DNA of 64,000 bases from Candidatus Aquitaenariimonas noxiae (GTDB taxonomy: Bacteria > Omnitrophota > Gorgyraeia > Aquitaenariimonadales > Aquitaenariimonadaceae), in the NCBI GenBank assembly GCA_002780005.1, contig PEWV01000032.1, positions 8,123 through 72,122 on the forward strand, read 5' to 3'. A program made the position numbers and the translations under genes. Below are positions 1 through 10,706 of this stretch, piece by piece (the stretch's first letter is position 1; every line of letters starts with the position of its first letter). The notes under the pieces are model-generated. The model searched no databases. It was not told where the DNA came from and was given only the letters and a program-made list of their open reading frames with translations.

Positions 1-1
1 A

Positions 2-2440
2 GACGAGAAGAATACCAAGAATAAATTCTACTGCCTTATGATGTTCCCGTACCCTTCCGCGTCCCTTCACGTTGGCCATGGCAGGAATTATATCATAGGA
101 GATGTGGTCGCCAGGTATAAGATGATGAACGGGTTTAATGTCCTTACTCCCATGGGTTGGGATGCGTTCGGCCTGCCTGCCGAGAATGCCGCTATAAAGG
201 GCGGCCTGCACCCTCGAATTTCAACGCTCGCCAATATAACGACGATGAAAAAACAGCTGAACAGATGGGGCGTCGGATATGACTGGGCAAGAGAAGTTAC
301 GTCTTGCCTGCCTGATTACTATAAATGGACGCAATGGATATTCCTGAAACTATACGAAAAGGGCCTGGCGTACAAGAAAAAAGCAGCTGTGAACTGGTGC
401 CCGTCATGCAATACTGTGCTTGCCAACGAACAGGTCATTTCAGGAAAATGCGAGAGGTGCGATACTGACGTTACGCAGAGGGATCTGGAACAGTGGTTCT
501 TTAAAATAACGGCTTATGCCGAAACGCTGTTGAAAGATATAGATAAACTGACGAACTGGCCCGAGCGCGTGAAGATCATGCAGCGAAATTGGATTGGAAA
601 AAGCGAGGGTGTCGAGATAGATTTTAAAATAGCGGATAGCAATAAAATTCTTACCTGTTTTACGACACGGGTTGACACTATTTTTGGTGCGACGTACATG
701 GTGCTTGCCCCTGAACATTCCGAAGTTGACGATCTGATAAAAGGCGCGGTAAACGAAAAAGAAGTTCGCTCTTTTATCCAGAAAGCGAAAAATGAGACCA
801 TGATAGAGCGGTCTGCCACAAATGCCGAAAAAGAAGGTATGTTTACCGGAAAATATGTTATAAATCCTGTTAACGGCAGAAAGATCCCGCTGTGGATAGC
901 GAATTATGTCCTTATGGAATACGGGACAGGCGCTGTTATGGCTGTCCCGGCTCACGACCAAAGGGATTTTGAATTTGCTAAAAAGTATAATCTGCCGATA
1001 GAGGTTGTTATTGACAATCCTAAGGGCAAGCTTAATGCGGCGCTAATGAAAGAGGCATATATAGAAGATGGGGTAATGGTCAACTCTTCCCAGTTTGACG
1101 GCCTAAGCAATAGGGAGGCTATGGGAAAAATAGCGGACTGGATGGAGCAGAAGAAGATCGGCAAACGCAGCGTGAATTATAGGCTTAGAGACTGGCTTAT
1201 TTCGCGCCAGAGATATTGGGGTGCTCCTATACCGATAATTTACTGCGATAAATGCGGCATGGTCCCAGTTCCGGAAAAAGACCTTCCAGTACTGCTTCCG
1301 GAGGATGCCGAGTTCAGGCCCCACGGCGAATCGCCGCTTGCGCGAAGCAGGAGTTTTATGGATGTGAAGTGCCCGAAATGCCGAGGCAAGGCGAAACGCG
1401 AGCCCGATACCATGGATACGTTTGTCGATTCGAGCTGGTATTATTTGAGATACCTGTCCCCAAAAGATGATAAAAAACCGTTCGATCGCGAAGTTGTAAA
1501 TAAATGGCTTCCGGTTGACCAATATATAGGCGGAGTAGAACACGCGATCCTACATCTTTTGTACTCGCGTTTTATTACAAAGGTGTTGTACGATTTGAAA
1601 TTGATAGGTTTTGACGAACCGTTTAAGAATCTTTTTACCCAAGGCATGATAGTAAAAGACGGGGCGAAAATGTCAAAGTCTAAAGGAAACGTCGTAAGCC
1701 CTGATATTCTGATAGACAAATATGGGTCCGATACAGTTAGGCTTTATACGCTTTTTATAGGACCCCCTGAAAAAGATGCCGAATGGTCCGACCGCGGTGT
1801 TGAAGGCGCGTACAGGTTTCTCGGAAGGATATGGAGAGTAGCCGAACAAATTACAAATCATCCGCCTTCGCCAAAGGCTTCGGCGGATGTCCGCCGAAGT
1901 TTCAACAAAGGCGGACACAAATTTCAGCTCACAAGTGAGGCCTCCAAAAAGCTCAGGCGCAAAACCCATCAGACTATAAAGAGAGTCACTGAAGATATTG
2001 AGCAAGGTTTTCATTTTAATACGGCAATAAGCGCGACAATGGAATTGGTAAATGAGATTTATGATGCTATTCAAGAGGCAAAAGAAGGCCTGGGAGATGA
2101 TCCGACCCTGAAAGAAGCGATTAAAACAGTGGCTATCCTGCTTGCGCCTTTTGTTCCACACATCTCAGAAGAGCTATGGCGCAAATGGGGGAATAAAGAA
2201 AGTATTTTTAAACTAAAATGGCCCGCCTACGATAAATCATTAATAATAGAAGAAGAACTTGAGCTTGTTATTCAAATAAACGGTCGGGTGAGGAGTAAAA
2301 TTCTAGTGCCGAAGGATTCGAGCGAGTTAGACGTTAAAGAAAAGGTACTTATCGATGAAAAAATAAAACAGTGGATAGGCGATAAGCCGATAAAAAAGTT
2401 TATATTAGTTCCGGATAAATTGGTTAATATTGTCATATAG
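2..2440 (+). CDS. leuS: Leucyl-tRNA synthetase, 5'-truncated by the window edge (reading frame is open upstream of the Met at 38: ...[19 protein letters not shown])
   Basis: Class I HIGH motif ([11 protein letters not shown]), KMSKS motif ([10 protein letters not shown]) and a LeuRS-type editing region are all present. The upstream frame from nt 2 has no stop and matches the conserved LeuRS N-terminus. Confidence 0.95.
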   Translation, partial: DEKNTKNKFYCLMMFPYPSASLHVGHGRNYIIGDVVARYKMMNGFNVLTPMGWDAFGLPAENAAIKGGLHPRISTLANITTMKKQLNRWGVGYDWAREVTSCLPDYYKWTQWIFLKLYEKGLAYKKKAAVNWCPSCNTVLANEQVISGKCERCDTDVTQRDLEQWFFKITAYAETLLKDIDKLTNWPERVKIMQRNWIGKSEGVEIDFKIADSNKILTCFTTRVDTIFGATYMVLAPEHSEVDDLIKGAVNEKEVRSFIQKAKNETMIERSATNAEKEGMFTGKYVINPVNGRKIPLWIANYVLMEYGTGAVMAVPAHDQRDFEFAKKYNLPIEVVIDNPKGKLNAALMKEAYIEDGVMVNSSQFDGLSNREAMGKIADWMEQKKIGKRSVNYRLRDWLISRQRYWGAPIPIIYCDKCGMVPVPEKDLPVLLPEDAEFRPHGESPLARSRSFMDVKCPKCRGKAKREPDTMDTFVDSSWYYLRYLSPKDDKKPFDREVVNKWLPVDQYIGGVEHAILHLLYSRFITKVLYDLKLIGFDEPFKNLFTQGMIVKDGAKMSKSKGNVVSPDILIDKYGSDTVRLYTLFIGPPEKDAEWSDRGVEGAYRFLGRIWRVAEQITNHPPSPKASADVRRSFNKGGHKFQLTSEASKKLRRKTHQTIKRVTEDIEQGFHFNTAISATMELVNEIYDAIQEAKEGLGDDPTLKEAIKTVAILLAPFVPHISEELWRKWGNKESIFKLKWPAYDKSLIIEEELELVIQINGRVRSKILVPKDSSELDVKEKVLIDEKIKQWIGDKPIKKFILVPDKLVNIVI

Positions 2441-2442
2441 AA

Positions 2443-2799
2443 TTGGCAGGTATGACAAAATACGAAAAGTATATCTTAATATTCCTCGTGTTAATAGCGC
2501 TTATTGGCATGGGGTTTCTTTTTTACCAGAAGGCTACAAACCGGTCGCCTCTCGAAATATTCAATATGAATGAGCCGGGTATCAAAAGCCAAACAGGACA
2601 ATTATCTATTGTTAATATAAATACCGCCCGAGAAGATGAGCTCGCCGCGCTCAAGGGCATAGGCCCGAAGCTTGCCGCAAGGATAATAGAGTACAGAAAG
2701 GCAAACGGATATTTTTCGATCAAGGAAGACTTAAAGAAAGTAAAGGGAATAGGCCAGCATAAGTTCGAAGAGATAAAAGAATTTATAAAAACAGAATAA
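2443..2799 (+). CDS. comEA: ComEA-like helix-hairpin-helix DNA-binding competence protein with an N-terminal TM anchor
   Basis: An N-terminal hydrophobic helix is followed by a C-terminal tandem HhH motif (INTAREDELAALKGIGPKLAARIIEYR...KGIGQHKFEEIK). Confidence 0.85.
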   Translation: MAGMTKYEKYILIFLVLIALIGMGFLFYQKATNRSPLEIFNMNEPGIKSQTGQLSIVNINTAREDELAALKGIGPKLAARIIEYRKANGYFSIKEDLKKVKGIGQHKFEEIKEFIKTE

Positions 2800-2805
2800 A
2801 GGCAA

Positions 2806-4302
2806 ATGAAATACCCCTTAGTAGGCTTATCGATCGCTTTCTGTCTGGGAATAATAATCGCCTCATGCATTAAAATCGCTTTCCTGGTCTTTTACTTACT
2901 CGCCTTTCTTTTTCTCACACTAAGTATTATCTATATAAAACAAAACCTAAAGTTTCATATTTTTGCCCTGGGCGCCTTGTTTTTTCTGGGCTCTGCAGTG
3001 CTCTCAAATGCCAAGATCCTGCCGGTATGCCATATCGCCAATTTTACCCCGAATAAAGGGGAAAGGGTTTATCTTATGGGCATTGTTGACAGTGACCCAG
3101 CTTATGAAGGCCGGTGCTCGTCATTTGTTTTAAAGGCAGAGAGATTAAAAAGGGAAGATATTTGGCAGGCAGTCTGCGGTACGGTTTTAGTAAGGGATTT
3201 TAACAAAAGAGAAATATTCTATGGCGAGCGGGTATTTTTGGAAGGCACATTATATAGGCCGTTTTCTTTTTCAAAAGGGTTTAATTACAGGGATTATTTA
3301 AAACACCAGGGCGTTTATTCCATTGTTAGCGTGAAGAAGGGAAGGGCTTTTGAAATAGTAAATAGCGGTTCAGGCAACAGAATAAAATCTTTTTCTTTTC
3401 GCGCCAAACACGGTATGAGGAATATTATTACAAGCAATTTATCCCCGCTATCGGCAGGTGTCGTGAATGCGATTATTTTAGGCGATAGGCAAAGTTTATC
3501 CGCCCGCCTGAGAGACGATCTGGTCAAATCCGGAACCGTTCACATAATTGCCATATCGGGCCTTAACTTGTGGATAGTCGCATATATAATAATGACACTT
3601 CTAAAAATAACGCGAATTCATATCAAATTGCAATATGCAATCACGATAGTCCTTTTGTTTATTTACTGTATTCTTACCGGTTCCAATATACCCGTTGTGC
3701 GCGCGACGATTATGGCGCTCATCTTTCTTTTTGGTTATCTCATAGGGAGGGAGAGCAACATTTATAATTCCCTAGCGCTTGCCGCATTAGCCATTCTGGC
3801 GTTTAATCCCTGGCAAATTTTTGAAGTTTCTTTCCAGCTTTCTTTTTTGAGCATAATAGCTATCGTTTGGCTCTCTCCAAAATTCTCGAGCCTGTTCCCC
3901 GAGACGTTTCAGAAAAAGACGTGGGCGAGATTCGTAATATTGACGTTTTCTACGTCCATGGCTGCCTGGATTGGGCTTCTTCCCATAATTGCGTATTACT
4001 TTAAAATCATTTCACCGATTACTGTAATAGCAAATATGATCATAGTCCCTTATATGACACTTATAACAGCGGCTAGTTTTGCTTTGATATGCATAGGTAT
4101 ATTAGCGCCTATTTTGGCGCCTTCGTTTGCGGCGAGCTGCGAATTATTCGTTTTGACTCTATTTAAAATAAATTCTCTATTGATTAAAATTCCAGGTGCC
4201 TATTTTAAAATAGGGAAATTGTCTTTCGGAGATCTTCTATTTTACTATATTTTACTAGTCATTATTTTTGGTTTTAATAGAGGAGAAAAAGAGCGAGCTT
4301 AG
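2806..4302 (+). CDS. comEC: ComEC/Rec2 DNA internalisation channel protein (membrane competence domain only, no metallo-beta-lactamase domain)
   Basis: Polytopic membrane protein with a DUF4131-like N-terminus and the ComEC competence-domain motif (HIIAISGLNLWIV). It lies immediately downstream of comEA. Confidence 0.85.
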   Translation: MKYPLVGLSIAFCLGIIIASCIKIAFLVFYLLAFLFLTLSIIYIKQNLKFHIFALGALFFLGSAVLSNAKILPVCHIANFTPNKGERVYLMGIVDSDPAYEGRCSSFVLKAERLKREDIWQAVCGTVLVRDFNKREIFYGERVFLEGTLYRPFSFSKGFNYRDYLKHQGVYSIVSVKKGRAFEIVNSGSGNRIKSFSFRAKHGMRNIITSNLSPLSAGVVNAIILGDRQSLSARLRDDLVKSGTVHIIAISGLNLWIVAYIIMTLLKITRIHIKLQYAITIVLLFIYCILTGSNIPVVRATIMALIFLFGYLIGRESNIYNSLALAALAILAFNPWQIFEVSFQLSFLSIIAIVWLSPKFSSLFPETFQKKTWARFVILTFSTSMAAWIGLLPIIAYYFKIISPITVIANMIIVPYMTLITAASFALICIGILAPILAPSFAASCELFVLTLFKINSLLIKIPGAYFKIGKLSFGDLLFYYILLVIIFGFNRGEKERA

Positions 4303-4384
4303 TTTCTAATTTTTAATGGAAAAGGTCCGGCAAAGTGGCTTTTTTAGCGAAAAAACAAAAACTAACTTTTTTTTGTTTTACTCT

Positions 4385-4413
4385 TGACAAAACCATATAG
4401 TTGTGGTACACTA
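4385..4413 (+). promoter_or_regulatory. Sigma70-type promoter (TTGACA-17 bp-TACACT) upstream of the PilZ gene
   Basis: TTGACA at 4385-4390 and TACACT at 4408-4413 with a 17 bp spacer, about 25 nt upstream of the ATG at 4437. Confidence 0.5.
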
Positions 4414-4436
4414 CTATCAAACGAAAGGTACTATAA

Positions 4437-4802
4437 ATGGAAGAAAACGCGATGGAACGACGCCGGCATAAGCGGATAAAATCCCGCTTGCCGATGAGTT
4501 ATGTAAATTTACGGGAAAAAGGTAAAAGTCCAAAAGGTGTTTTAATTAACGATATAAGTGAGGGTGGTGTTCGTTTTAATTCGGATCAGTTCTTATCATT
4601 AGCCAACCGCCTGCTTGTAACAATCAATATCCCCACGACAATCCGTCAGATCAAGGCCATTTCTAAAATAGCCTGGATTAGAAAAATTCCATTTGGCGAC
4701 CAATACGACGTAGGAAACCAATTTTTAGAGATCAGCAAGGAAGATAAAAAAGAAGTTGCCAAATACATCGAAACGGTTAATCAGCTGGATGTAAAACGCT
4801 AA
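4437..4802 (+). CDS. Stand-alone PilZ-domain protein (putative c-di-GMP receptor)
   Basis: RRRHKR...DISEGGVRF matches the PilZ RxxxR / D-x-S-x-x-G c-di-GMP binding signature. The protein is about 120 aa with its own promoter. Confidence 0.7.
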   Translation: MEENAMERRRHKRIKSRLPMSYVNLREKGKSPKGVLINDISEGGVRFNSDQFLSLANRLLVTINIPTTIRQIKAISKIAWIRKIPFGDQYDVGNQFLEISKEDKKEVAKYIETVNQLDVKR

Positions 4803-4841
4803 AAAGCTCCCGCCTTATTGTAAGTCCCTATCTCGATTCCC

Positions 4842-4870
4842 TTGACAAATAGCGATTTGTTTGTTATATT
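4842..4870 (+). promoter_or_regulatory. Sigma70-type promoter (TTGACA-17 bp-TATATT) upstream of the bamD-like gene
   Basis: TTGACA at 4842-4847, a 17 bp spacer, then TATATT at 4865-4870. Confidence 0.5.
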
Positions 4871-4897
4871 AACTTAGCTCGAAAGGATAATTCTAGT

Positions 4898-5866
4898 ATG
4901 ACTAAGAAAATAATTATATCACTATTAGCCGCACTTCTATGCCTTATGCCTCTTAAGGCGTTTGCGTATTGGGTATGGACTCCCGAAACCGGTAAATGGA
5001 TAAATCCTAAGTATGCCGTAAAGGATAGCCCGGAGGAGCAATTTGATTTTGCAATGGGGTTTTATAAGGGCATTGATTATAAGCGCGCCATAGGCGAATT
5101 CCAGAAGCTTTTACGCTTCTATCCAAAATCAGAACTTGCCCCCACCGCGCAGTACTACGTGGGGCGGTCTCACGAAGATATGGAAGATTATTACAAGGCT
5201 TATCTTACCTACCAAAAGACGATAGATACCTACCCATTTACCGATAAGATCGATGAAATAGTGGAGAGGGAGTATAGGATAGGCAATCTGTTTCTTACCG
5301 GCCATAAAACCAAGATTTTGGGCATGGCGCTCCTGCCAGCTACGGATAAGGCTGTAGAAATATTCAGAAGAGTAGCGGATAATGCCCCTTACGGTAAATA
5401 TGCCCCGCTCGCTCAATTTAAAATAGGTGAGACCTATAAAAAAGAGAAGAATTACGGCGAGGCCATAGTAGAATTTCAAAAATTGGTTGATTCCTACCCC
5501 GAAAGCGAGCTGGTGGATGATGCGAAATATGAAATAGCATTTTGTACATACAAGGCATCGTTGGACCCGGCATATGACCAAACCCCTACGGATACGGCTA
5601 TGCAGCAGTTCGAGGAATATGCAAAGCAGCCCGGAAATACAGAGCTTAGCAAAGAAGGCGCAGCCACGCTGCGCAAGTTAAAAGAGAGAAAAGCGGAAAA
5701 CATTTATCAGGCAGCCTACTTTTACGACAGGCAGAAACATTACGAAAGCGCCATCATATATTACAATGAAATTTTGTCTAAGTTTCCAGATACAGACTGT
5801 GCCGTTAAAGCGCTCTCGAGGTTAAAAATTATAGAGCGAAAAGTGGGGCCGAATACCAAGAAGTAA
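4898..5866 (+). CDS. bamD: Secreted TPR-repeat protein, BamD/YfiO-like outer-membrane assembly factor
   Basis: Signal peptide followed by multiple TPR-like repeats with the BamD-like aromatic/Tyr-rich pattern. It sits next to lptE in an envelope-biogenesis context. There is no canonical lipobox, so the assignment is tentative. Confidence 0.5.
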   Translation: MTKKIIISLLAALLCLMPLKAFAYWVWTPETGKWINPKYAVKDSPEEQFDFAMGFYKGIDYKRAIGEFQKLLRFYPKSELAPTAQYYVGRSHEDMEDYYKAYLTYQKTIDTYPFTDKIDEIVEREYRIGNLFLTGHKTKILGMALLPATDKAVEIFRRVADNAPYGKYAPLAQFKIGETYKKEKNYGEAIVEFQKLVDSYPESELVDDAKYEIAFCTYKASLDPAYDQTPTDTAMQQFEEYAKQPGNTELSKEGAATLRKLKERKAENIYQAAYFYDRQKHYESAIIYYNEILSKFPDTDCAVKALSRLKIIERKVGPNTKK

Positions 5867-5886
5867 TTTATAAATAGGAGTAGCTA

Positions 5887-6426
5887 ATGAAGAAAATTTT
5901 ACTTTTGGCGCTTGTCCTTTTGTTTACAATATCGGGTTGCGGTTACACAACGAAATCGCTTCTGGCTCCGCATCTGCGCACGGTATACATAGAACCGGTA
6001 ATTAACAAAATAGATTTTACAAGGGAAACCACATATGATAACCGCCTTTCGATATATAGGCCGGGGCTTGAGAGGGATCTTACGAAGACCCTGAAAGAGC
6101 GTTTTATATTCGACGGCAATTTAAAAGTTGTGAATGAGAAAGAAAAGGCCGACAGCGAGCTCATGTGTGAGGTTGTCGATTTCTTAAAAGAACCTTTGCA
6201 ATATACAGACGATCAAAATGTCGATGAATACAGATTAAAAATCATAGTGAATATAAAATTTACCGATCTATCTAACAATGTCGTCCTCGTAGATGAAAAA
6301 TCATTCGCAGGGGAATCAACATATACCATCACAGGCACTTTAGCCGGGACGGAATCTGGCACCGAGCAGAACGCCATTACAGACCTCGCGAGAAGGGTTG
6401 TAGAAAAGATAATAGAAGGTTGGTAA
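5887..6426 (+). CDS. lptE: LptE-like LPS-assembly lipoprotein
   Basis: Lipoprotein signal with lipobox (FTISGC) and a size of about 180 aa. It lies immediately upstream of holA, and its TAA overlaps the holA ATG, as in the conserved leuS-lptE-holA arrangement. Confidence 0.55.
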   Translation: MKKILLLALVLLFTISGCGYTTKSLLAPHLRTVYIEPVINKIDFTRETTYDNRLSIYRPGLERDLTKTLKERFIFDGNLKVVNEKEKADSELMCEVVDFLKEPLQYTDDQNVDEYRLKIIVNIKFTDLSNNVVLVDEKSFAGESTYTITGTLAGTESGTEQNAITDLARRVVEKIIEGW

Positions 6427-7403
6427 TGAAAGATCCCAAAAAAGGCAACGTTTACTTATTGATCGGCGAAGAGTCCTACCTTAAAGAAGATTTCATACAA
6501 AAGACAAAAAATAGATTTTTAGACGAATCCAACAAAGAGTTGAATTTCATATCATTTTCCGCAAAAGATTCAGGTATAGAAGATATATTATCAAGCGCCA
6601 AAACCGCCCCGTTTCTTAGCAAAAAAAGAGTTGTTGTGATAAAAGATGTCGAAAAATTAGAGGAAAGAAAAAGAGATATTCTGCTTTCTTTTTTGAAAAA
6701 CCCGCCCGAGAGTGCCTGCCTCATATTAGAATCGAGCAAGGAATCCGGCAGGCAGTTTATGGAAGATAAATTTTTAACCGCTCTTTCAAGACATGCCACG
6801 TTGTTTAAGGCAGAGCACCCTTCTTATAATGCCCTAGACGCTTGGGTAAGGCAAATAGCGGCTTCTTCGGGTAAAAAGATAACAAAAGAAGCCGTTGAGC
6901 TTTTAAAAGAATTATCAGGGAATGATTTGGGAGTTCTTTCAAAAGAAGTTGAAAAACTGATTTCCTTCATAGACAAAAAGGATGCAATAAGCCTGGAAGA
7001 TGTCGAGAAAATAATAGGCAAAAGCGTGAAAGAAGATGTATTTATATTGGTGGATTACATAGGTTCCAAAGACGCTTCCAAGGCGCTTTTGTTATGCAAG
7101 AACCTTCTGCAGCACGGGAAGAAAGCGCACGAAATTATAGGCCTTATAGGGTGGTACTTAAGAAAACTGCTTTTGGCGAAACTTGCGCTCCAGACCGGCA
7201 AGAACCAGGATGTCGTGTTGCGCGAACTGGGGCTGAGGCGTTTTTATATGAATAAGCTGGCCGGTTTATTGGACAATTTTAAGATAGATGAATTGAAAGA
7301 AAAACTCAAGCTTCTCTTTGTCGCCGAAAGGTCCATAAAAACAAGTTCGTCTAAACCTGAATTTATTTTGGATGTTTTAATAAGCAGGCTTTGCGCTGAT
7401 TGA
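6426..7403 (+). CDS. holA: DNA polymerase III delta subunit
   Basis: Delta-subunit N-terminal clamp-loader fold (KGNVYLLIGEESYLKEDFI...) and a length of about 325 aa. It is conserved downstream of lptE. The ORF track's TTG at 6420 is less likely than the ATG at 6426. Confidence 0.8.
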   Translation: MKDPKKGNVYLLIGEESYLKEDFIQKTKNRFLDESNKELNFISFSAKDSGIEDILSSAKTAPFLSKKRVVVIKDVEKLEERKRDILLSFLKNPPESACLILESSKESGRQFMEDKFLTALSRHATLFKAEHPSYNALDAWVRQIAASSGKKITKEAVELLKELSGNDLGVLSKEVEKLISFIDKKDAISLEDVEKIIGKSVKEDVFILVDYIGSKDASKALLLCKNLLQHGKKAHEIIGLIGWYLRKLLLAKLALQTGKNQDVVLRELGLRRFYMNKLAGLLDNFKIDELKEKLKLLFVAERSIKTSSSKPEFILDVLISRLCAD

Positions 7404-7413
7404 TAGCTTCTGA

Positions 7414-7677
7414 CTATTTGAATTTGGCAGCCTTTATTGCGAGGCGAGATATCTTTCGCGAGGCTGCCTTTTTGTGTATAATACCTTTACTTTTTGCCTT
7501 ATTGATTTTTTTGACGAGAATTGAAAAAGTTTTTTTCGCGTTTTCAAAATCCTTAGAGGCTACAAGGGTTGTAAATTGCTTAACTAACGTTTTGATTTCA
7601 TTTTTTACGTCTTGGTTCCGTATGTGTTTTTTCTTACTTACTTTAATGTACTGATATGCTGCTTTTAATTGTGGCAT
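7414..7677 (-). CDS. rpsT: 30S ribosomal protein S20
   Basis: An 87-aa basic protein (MPQLKAAYQYIKVSKKKHIRNQDVKNEIKTLVKQ...) typical of S20. Confidence 0.9.
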   Translation of the reverse strand: MPQLKAAYQYIKVSKKKHIRNQDVKNEIKTLVKQFTTLVASKDFENAKKTFSILVKKINKAKSKGIIHKKAASRKISRLAIKAAKFK

Positions 7678-7752
7678 CGCGTATCTCCTTTTTCGATTAA
7701 TTAGTTAATTACCAAACAGGATTTTAGTATACTATTTTTCTGGAGATTGTCA

Positions 7753-9321
7753 ATGGAAAAGCGCGCGATCATAAAATCTACCGGGATAATAAGCATGGCG
7801 ACGTGCTTAAGCAGGGTCCTTGGTTTTATCAGGGATATTGTAATCGCTCAACTTTTTGGTACCGGTATGTTTGCCCAGGCCTTTGTTGTCGCCTTCAGGA
7901 TCCCTAATATGTTGAGGGACCTAGCAGGGGAAGGCGCCACAAACGCAGCGTTTGTCCCCGTGCTCACCGAATACAAGATGACAAAAAGTGACGCTGAGTA
8001 TTGGCATCTGGCAAGGGTGCTTCTAAATGTGCTTATTGTCAGCCTTAGCGTTATTACAATATTGGGCATCATAGCCTCTCCGCTGATCGTTAGATTGATC
8101 GCGCCAGGCTTTATAAAAGAGCCCGACAAGCTCGAGATCACAATAATGCTGAACAGGGTCCTCTTTCCTTATATATTGCTAATAGGGCTTTCCGCGTATT
8201 CAATGGGCGTATTAAATTCGTTAAGGCACTTTACCACGCCTGCGTTTGGCTCATCTTTGATGAATATTTCAATGATACTTTCAGCTTTATTTTTTTGCCC
8301 GAGAATAGGGGTGATGGGGTTGGCCATAGGTGCCTTGATCGGCGGCGCGATGCAGCTCGGCTTGCAATTACCCGTTCTATATAAAAAAGGCCTAAGGATA
8401 AAAAAAGATTTTGTGTTGTTTCATCCGGAGGCAAGGCGAATTCTCTTTCTGCTCTTGCCCAGGCTCATGGGAACGGCTGTTTACGAACTCAATATTTTCA
8501 TAGACACGATGCTCGGCTCGCTTTCGTGGATTGTGGGCATGGGAGGTGTAGCGGCATTGTATTATTCTAATAGGTTGCTTCAGCTTCCTCTTGCTATATT
8601 CGGCATCGCGCTCGCCCAGGTAACTTTGCCGACAATGAGCGCTTATTCCGCGAAAAAAGATATGGAAGGCGTGAAACGAACCCTTTCTTTTTCATTGCGT
8701 GTGATATTTCTCATTGTAATACCGGCGGCCGCAGGTCTCATTGTTCTAGGCAGACCGATTATAAAGATTCTCTTGGAGAGGGGCGCCTTTGATTCTTATT
8801 CGACGTCTATTACATACAGTGCTCTCCTTTTCTATTCTTTTGGTTTATTTGCTTATGCCGGCGTAAAGATCTTGGTCAACGGTTTCTACGCGATTAACGA
8901 TACGCTCACGCCTGTCAAAACGGCTGCAAAGGCCCTTGCGATAAATACGGTTCTTAACCTGATCTTAATGTGGCCGTTAAAAATAGGAGGATTGGCGCTG
9001 GCGACATCTATCGCAGGCACGTTCAATTTCTTTTTCCTGCTTTCACTGCTTCAGAAAAAAATAGGCGCACTTGATATGGAAGCGATAAGGGATACTTTTA
9101 TTCGCGTGCTTTTAGCATCGCTTGTTATGGGATTAGCCGGCTATGCGCTTTTAAGGACTTCTTATTTTGATTTCGATGGCGGAGGCAGGCTATTATGCAC
9201 TTTGAAGCTTTTTATTCTTATAGGTATAAACATCTGTATTTTTATTGTTTCGGCCGTAGCGTTAAAGGTCAGGGAGATGAAGGAAGCCTTCAGATGGGTA
9301 TCGACATTAAAACAGAGATAA
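7753..9321 (+). CDS. murJ: Lipid II flippase MurJ/MviN
   Basis: MurJ N-terminal signature (LSRVLGFIRDIVIAQLFGTG...AFVVAFRIPNMLRDLAGEGA...AFVPV) and about 14 TM helices. GGAG sits 7 nt upstream of the ATG at 7753. Confidence 0.9.
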   Translation: MEKRAIIKSTGIISMATCLSRVLGFIRDIVIAQLFGTGMFAQAFVVAFRIPNMLRDLAGEGATNAAFVPVLTEYKMTKSDAEYWHLARVLLNVLIVSLSVITILGIIASPLIVRLIAPGFIKEPDKLEITIMLNRVLFPYILLIGLSAYSMGVLNSLRHFTTPAFGSSLMNISMILSALFFCPRIGVMGLAIGALIGGAMQLGLQLPVLYKKGLRIKKDFVLFHPEARRILFLLLPRLMGTAVYELNIFIDTMLGSLSWIVGMGGVAALYYSNRLLQLPLAIFGIALAQVTLPTMSAYSAKKDMEGVKRTLSFSLRVIFLIVIPAAAGLIVLGRPIIKILLERGAFDSYSTSITYSALLFYSFGLFAYAGVKILVNGFYAINDTLTPVKTAAKALAINTVLNLILMWPLKIGGLALATSIAGTFNFFFLLSLLQKKIGALDMEAIRDTFIRVLLASLVMGLAGYALLRTSYFDFDGGGRLLCTLKLFILIGINICIFIVSAVALKVREMKEAFRWVSTLKQR

Positions 9322-10706
9322 AGAATTTGCCGCTTACATGCGGCGTTTATATTATGAAGGATCCTGCCGGAGAGGTGCTATATGTGGGCAAGGCCGGAAA
9401 CATAAAAAAAAGGGTCTCTTCATATTTTTATAAGAAATATGTGCCCTCGGCGAGGCTCGATGCCCTTATTTCTAAAGTAGCGAAGATAGAGAATATCCCT
9501 ACTACCTGCGAAGGTGAAGCCCTCATTTTAGAATCTTCTCTGATAAAAAAATATAAGCCCAGGTATAATGTCGAGCTAAAAGATGATAAGAGTTATCCTT
9601 ACCTTAAGCTGACCCTTGCGGAAACATACCCCAGGCTTTTTATTACCCGCAAAATGACGGATGACGGCTCGAGGTATTTCGGCCCATACACGAATGTTAA
9701 ACTTCTGCGCGAGGCAACGTATATGATAAAAAGGATATTTTCCTTAAGGGTCTGCAATAAGCTTCCGAAACACGTATGTCTCAATTACTATCTCAGGCAA
9801 TGCGTAGGGCCATGTGTCGGCAATATCGATAAGACAGGGTATGATGAGATAGTAAAAGAGCTCATTTTATTTTTAGAAGGCAAGAAAGACGCACTTTTGG
9901 AAGAACTTACTAAAAGGATGGCTATAGCTTCGGCCAAGTTGAATTTTGAAGAAGCCGCAAGGATAAGGAATAGGATCGAGGCATTAAGCGCGATGGTCAG
10001 GGGAAAGGTCAAATTCAATTTTAAAGATATACTGGAGGAGCTAAGGCAGGTCCTTCGCCTTGAAAAACCGCCGATGCGGATAGAGGCGTTTGATATATCG
10101 AATTTCGCCGGCGACCAGTCGGTCGGCTCTATGATATCTTTCTATAACATGAAGTTTGACCGCGCGTTATACAGGAAATTCAAAATAAAAACAGTTGACG
10201 GGATCGATGATTATAAAATGATGCGAGAGGTTATATCAAGGCGATACAGGAGGGTTTTGGATGAGAAGCTGCCCCTTCCCGACCTTGTGATCATTGACGG
10301 CGGCAAAGGGCACTTATCTACGGCAAAAGACGAGCTGGATAAGCTGGGACTTTCGCGGGTGCCTGTTATCGGCATAGCAAAGGAATTTGAGCATATTTAT
10401 CTGCCTGACCAAAAAGAGCCGTTAAAGCTTCCCAGGAACTCGAGCATACTTCAGCTTATTCAGAGGATAAGAGACGAGGCCCATCGCTTCGCCATATCAT
10501 ATCATCATTTATTGCGAGAGCGGGAAAGCTATCATTCGGAACTTGATGCGATAGAGGGTATAGGCGAAACGCGCAAAAGAGCTCTATTAAGGCATTTCGG
10601 AGCATTGGAAAATATCAAAAAAGCAAGGATGGATGAGTTGCTTCAGGTTAAGGGAATAACAAAGAAAGTGGCCAAGGAGATCGCCAGTTATTTTAAAAGA
10701 CAGTAA
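9295..10706 (+). CDS. uvrC: Excinuclease ABC subunit C (compact form)
   Basis: GIY-YIG domain (GVYIMKDPAGEVLYVGKAGNIKKRVSSYF), UVR domain (EEAARIRNRIEAL), RNase H-like endonuclease domain and C-terminal (HhH)2 are all present. The true start is the ATG at 9295 (MGIDIK), overlapping the murJ end. The ORF-track start at 9195 is inside murJ. Confidence 0.85.

Noticed and set aside
440-2161. Minus-strand ORFs of 70-173 aa overlapping leuS (440-961, 514-819, 952-1164, 1103-1543, 1441-1719, 1673-2161)
   Set aside because: They lie entirely antisense to a highly conserved, motif-rich aaRS gene. They are low-complexity and have no start context, so they are shadow ORFs.
9195-9294. Upstream extension of uvrC to 9195
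   Set aside because: It lies inside the murJ coding region in another frame. The conserved GIY-YIG N-terminus begins at the ATG at 9295 (MGIDIK).
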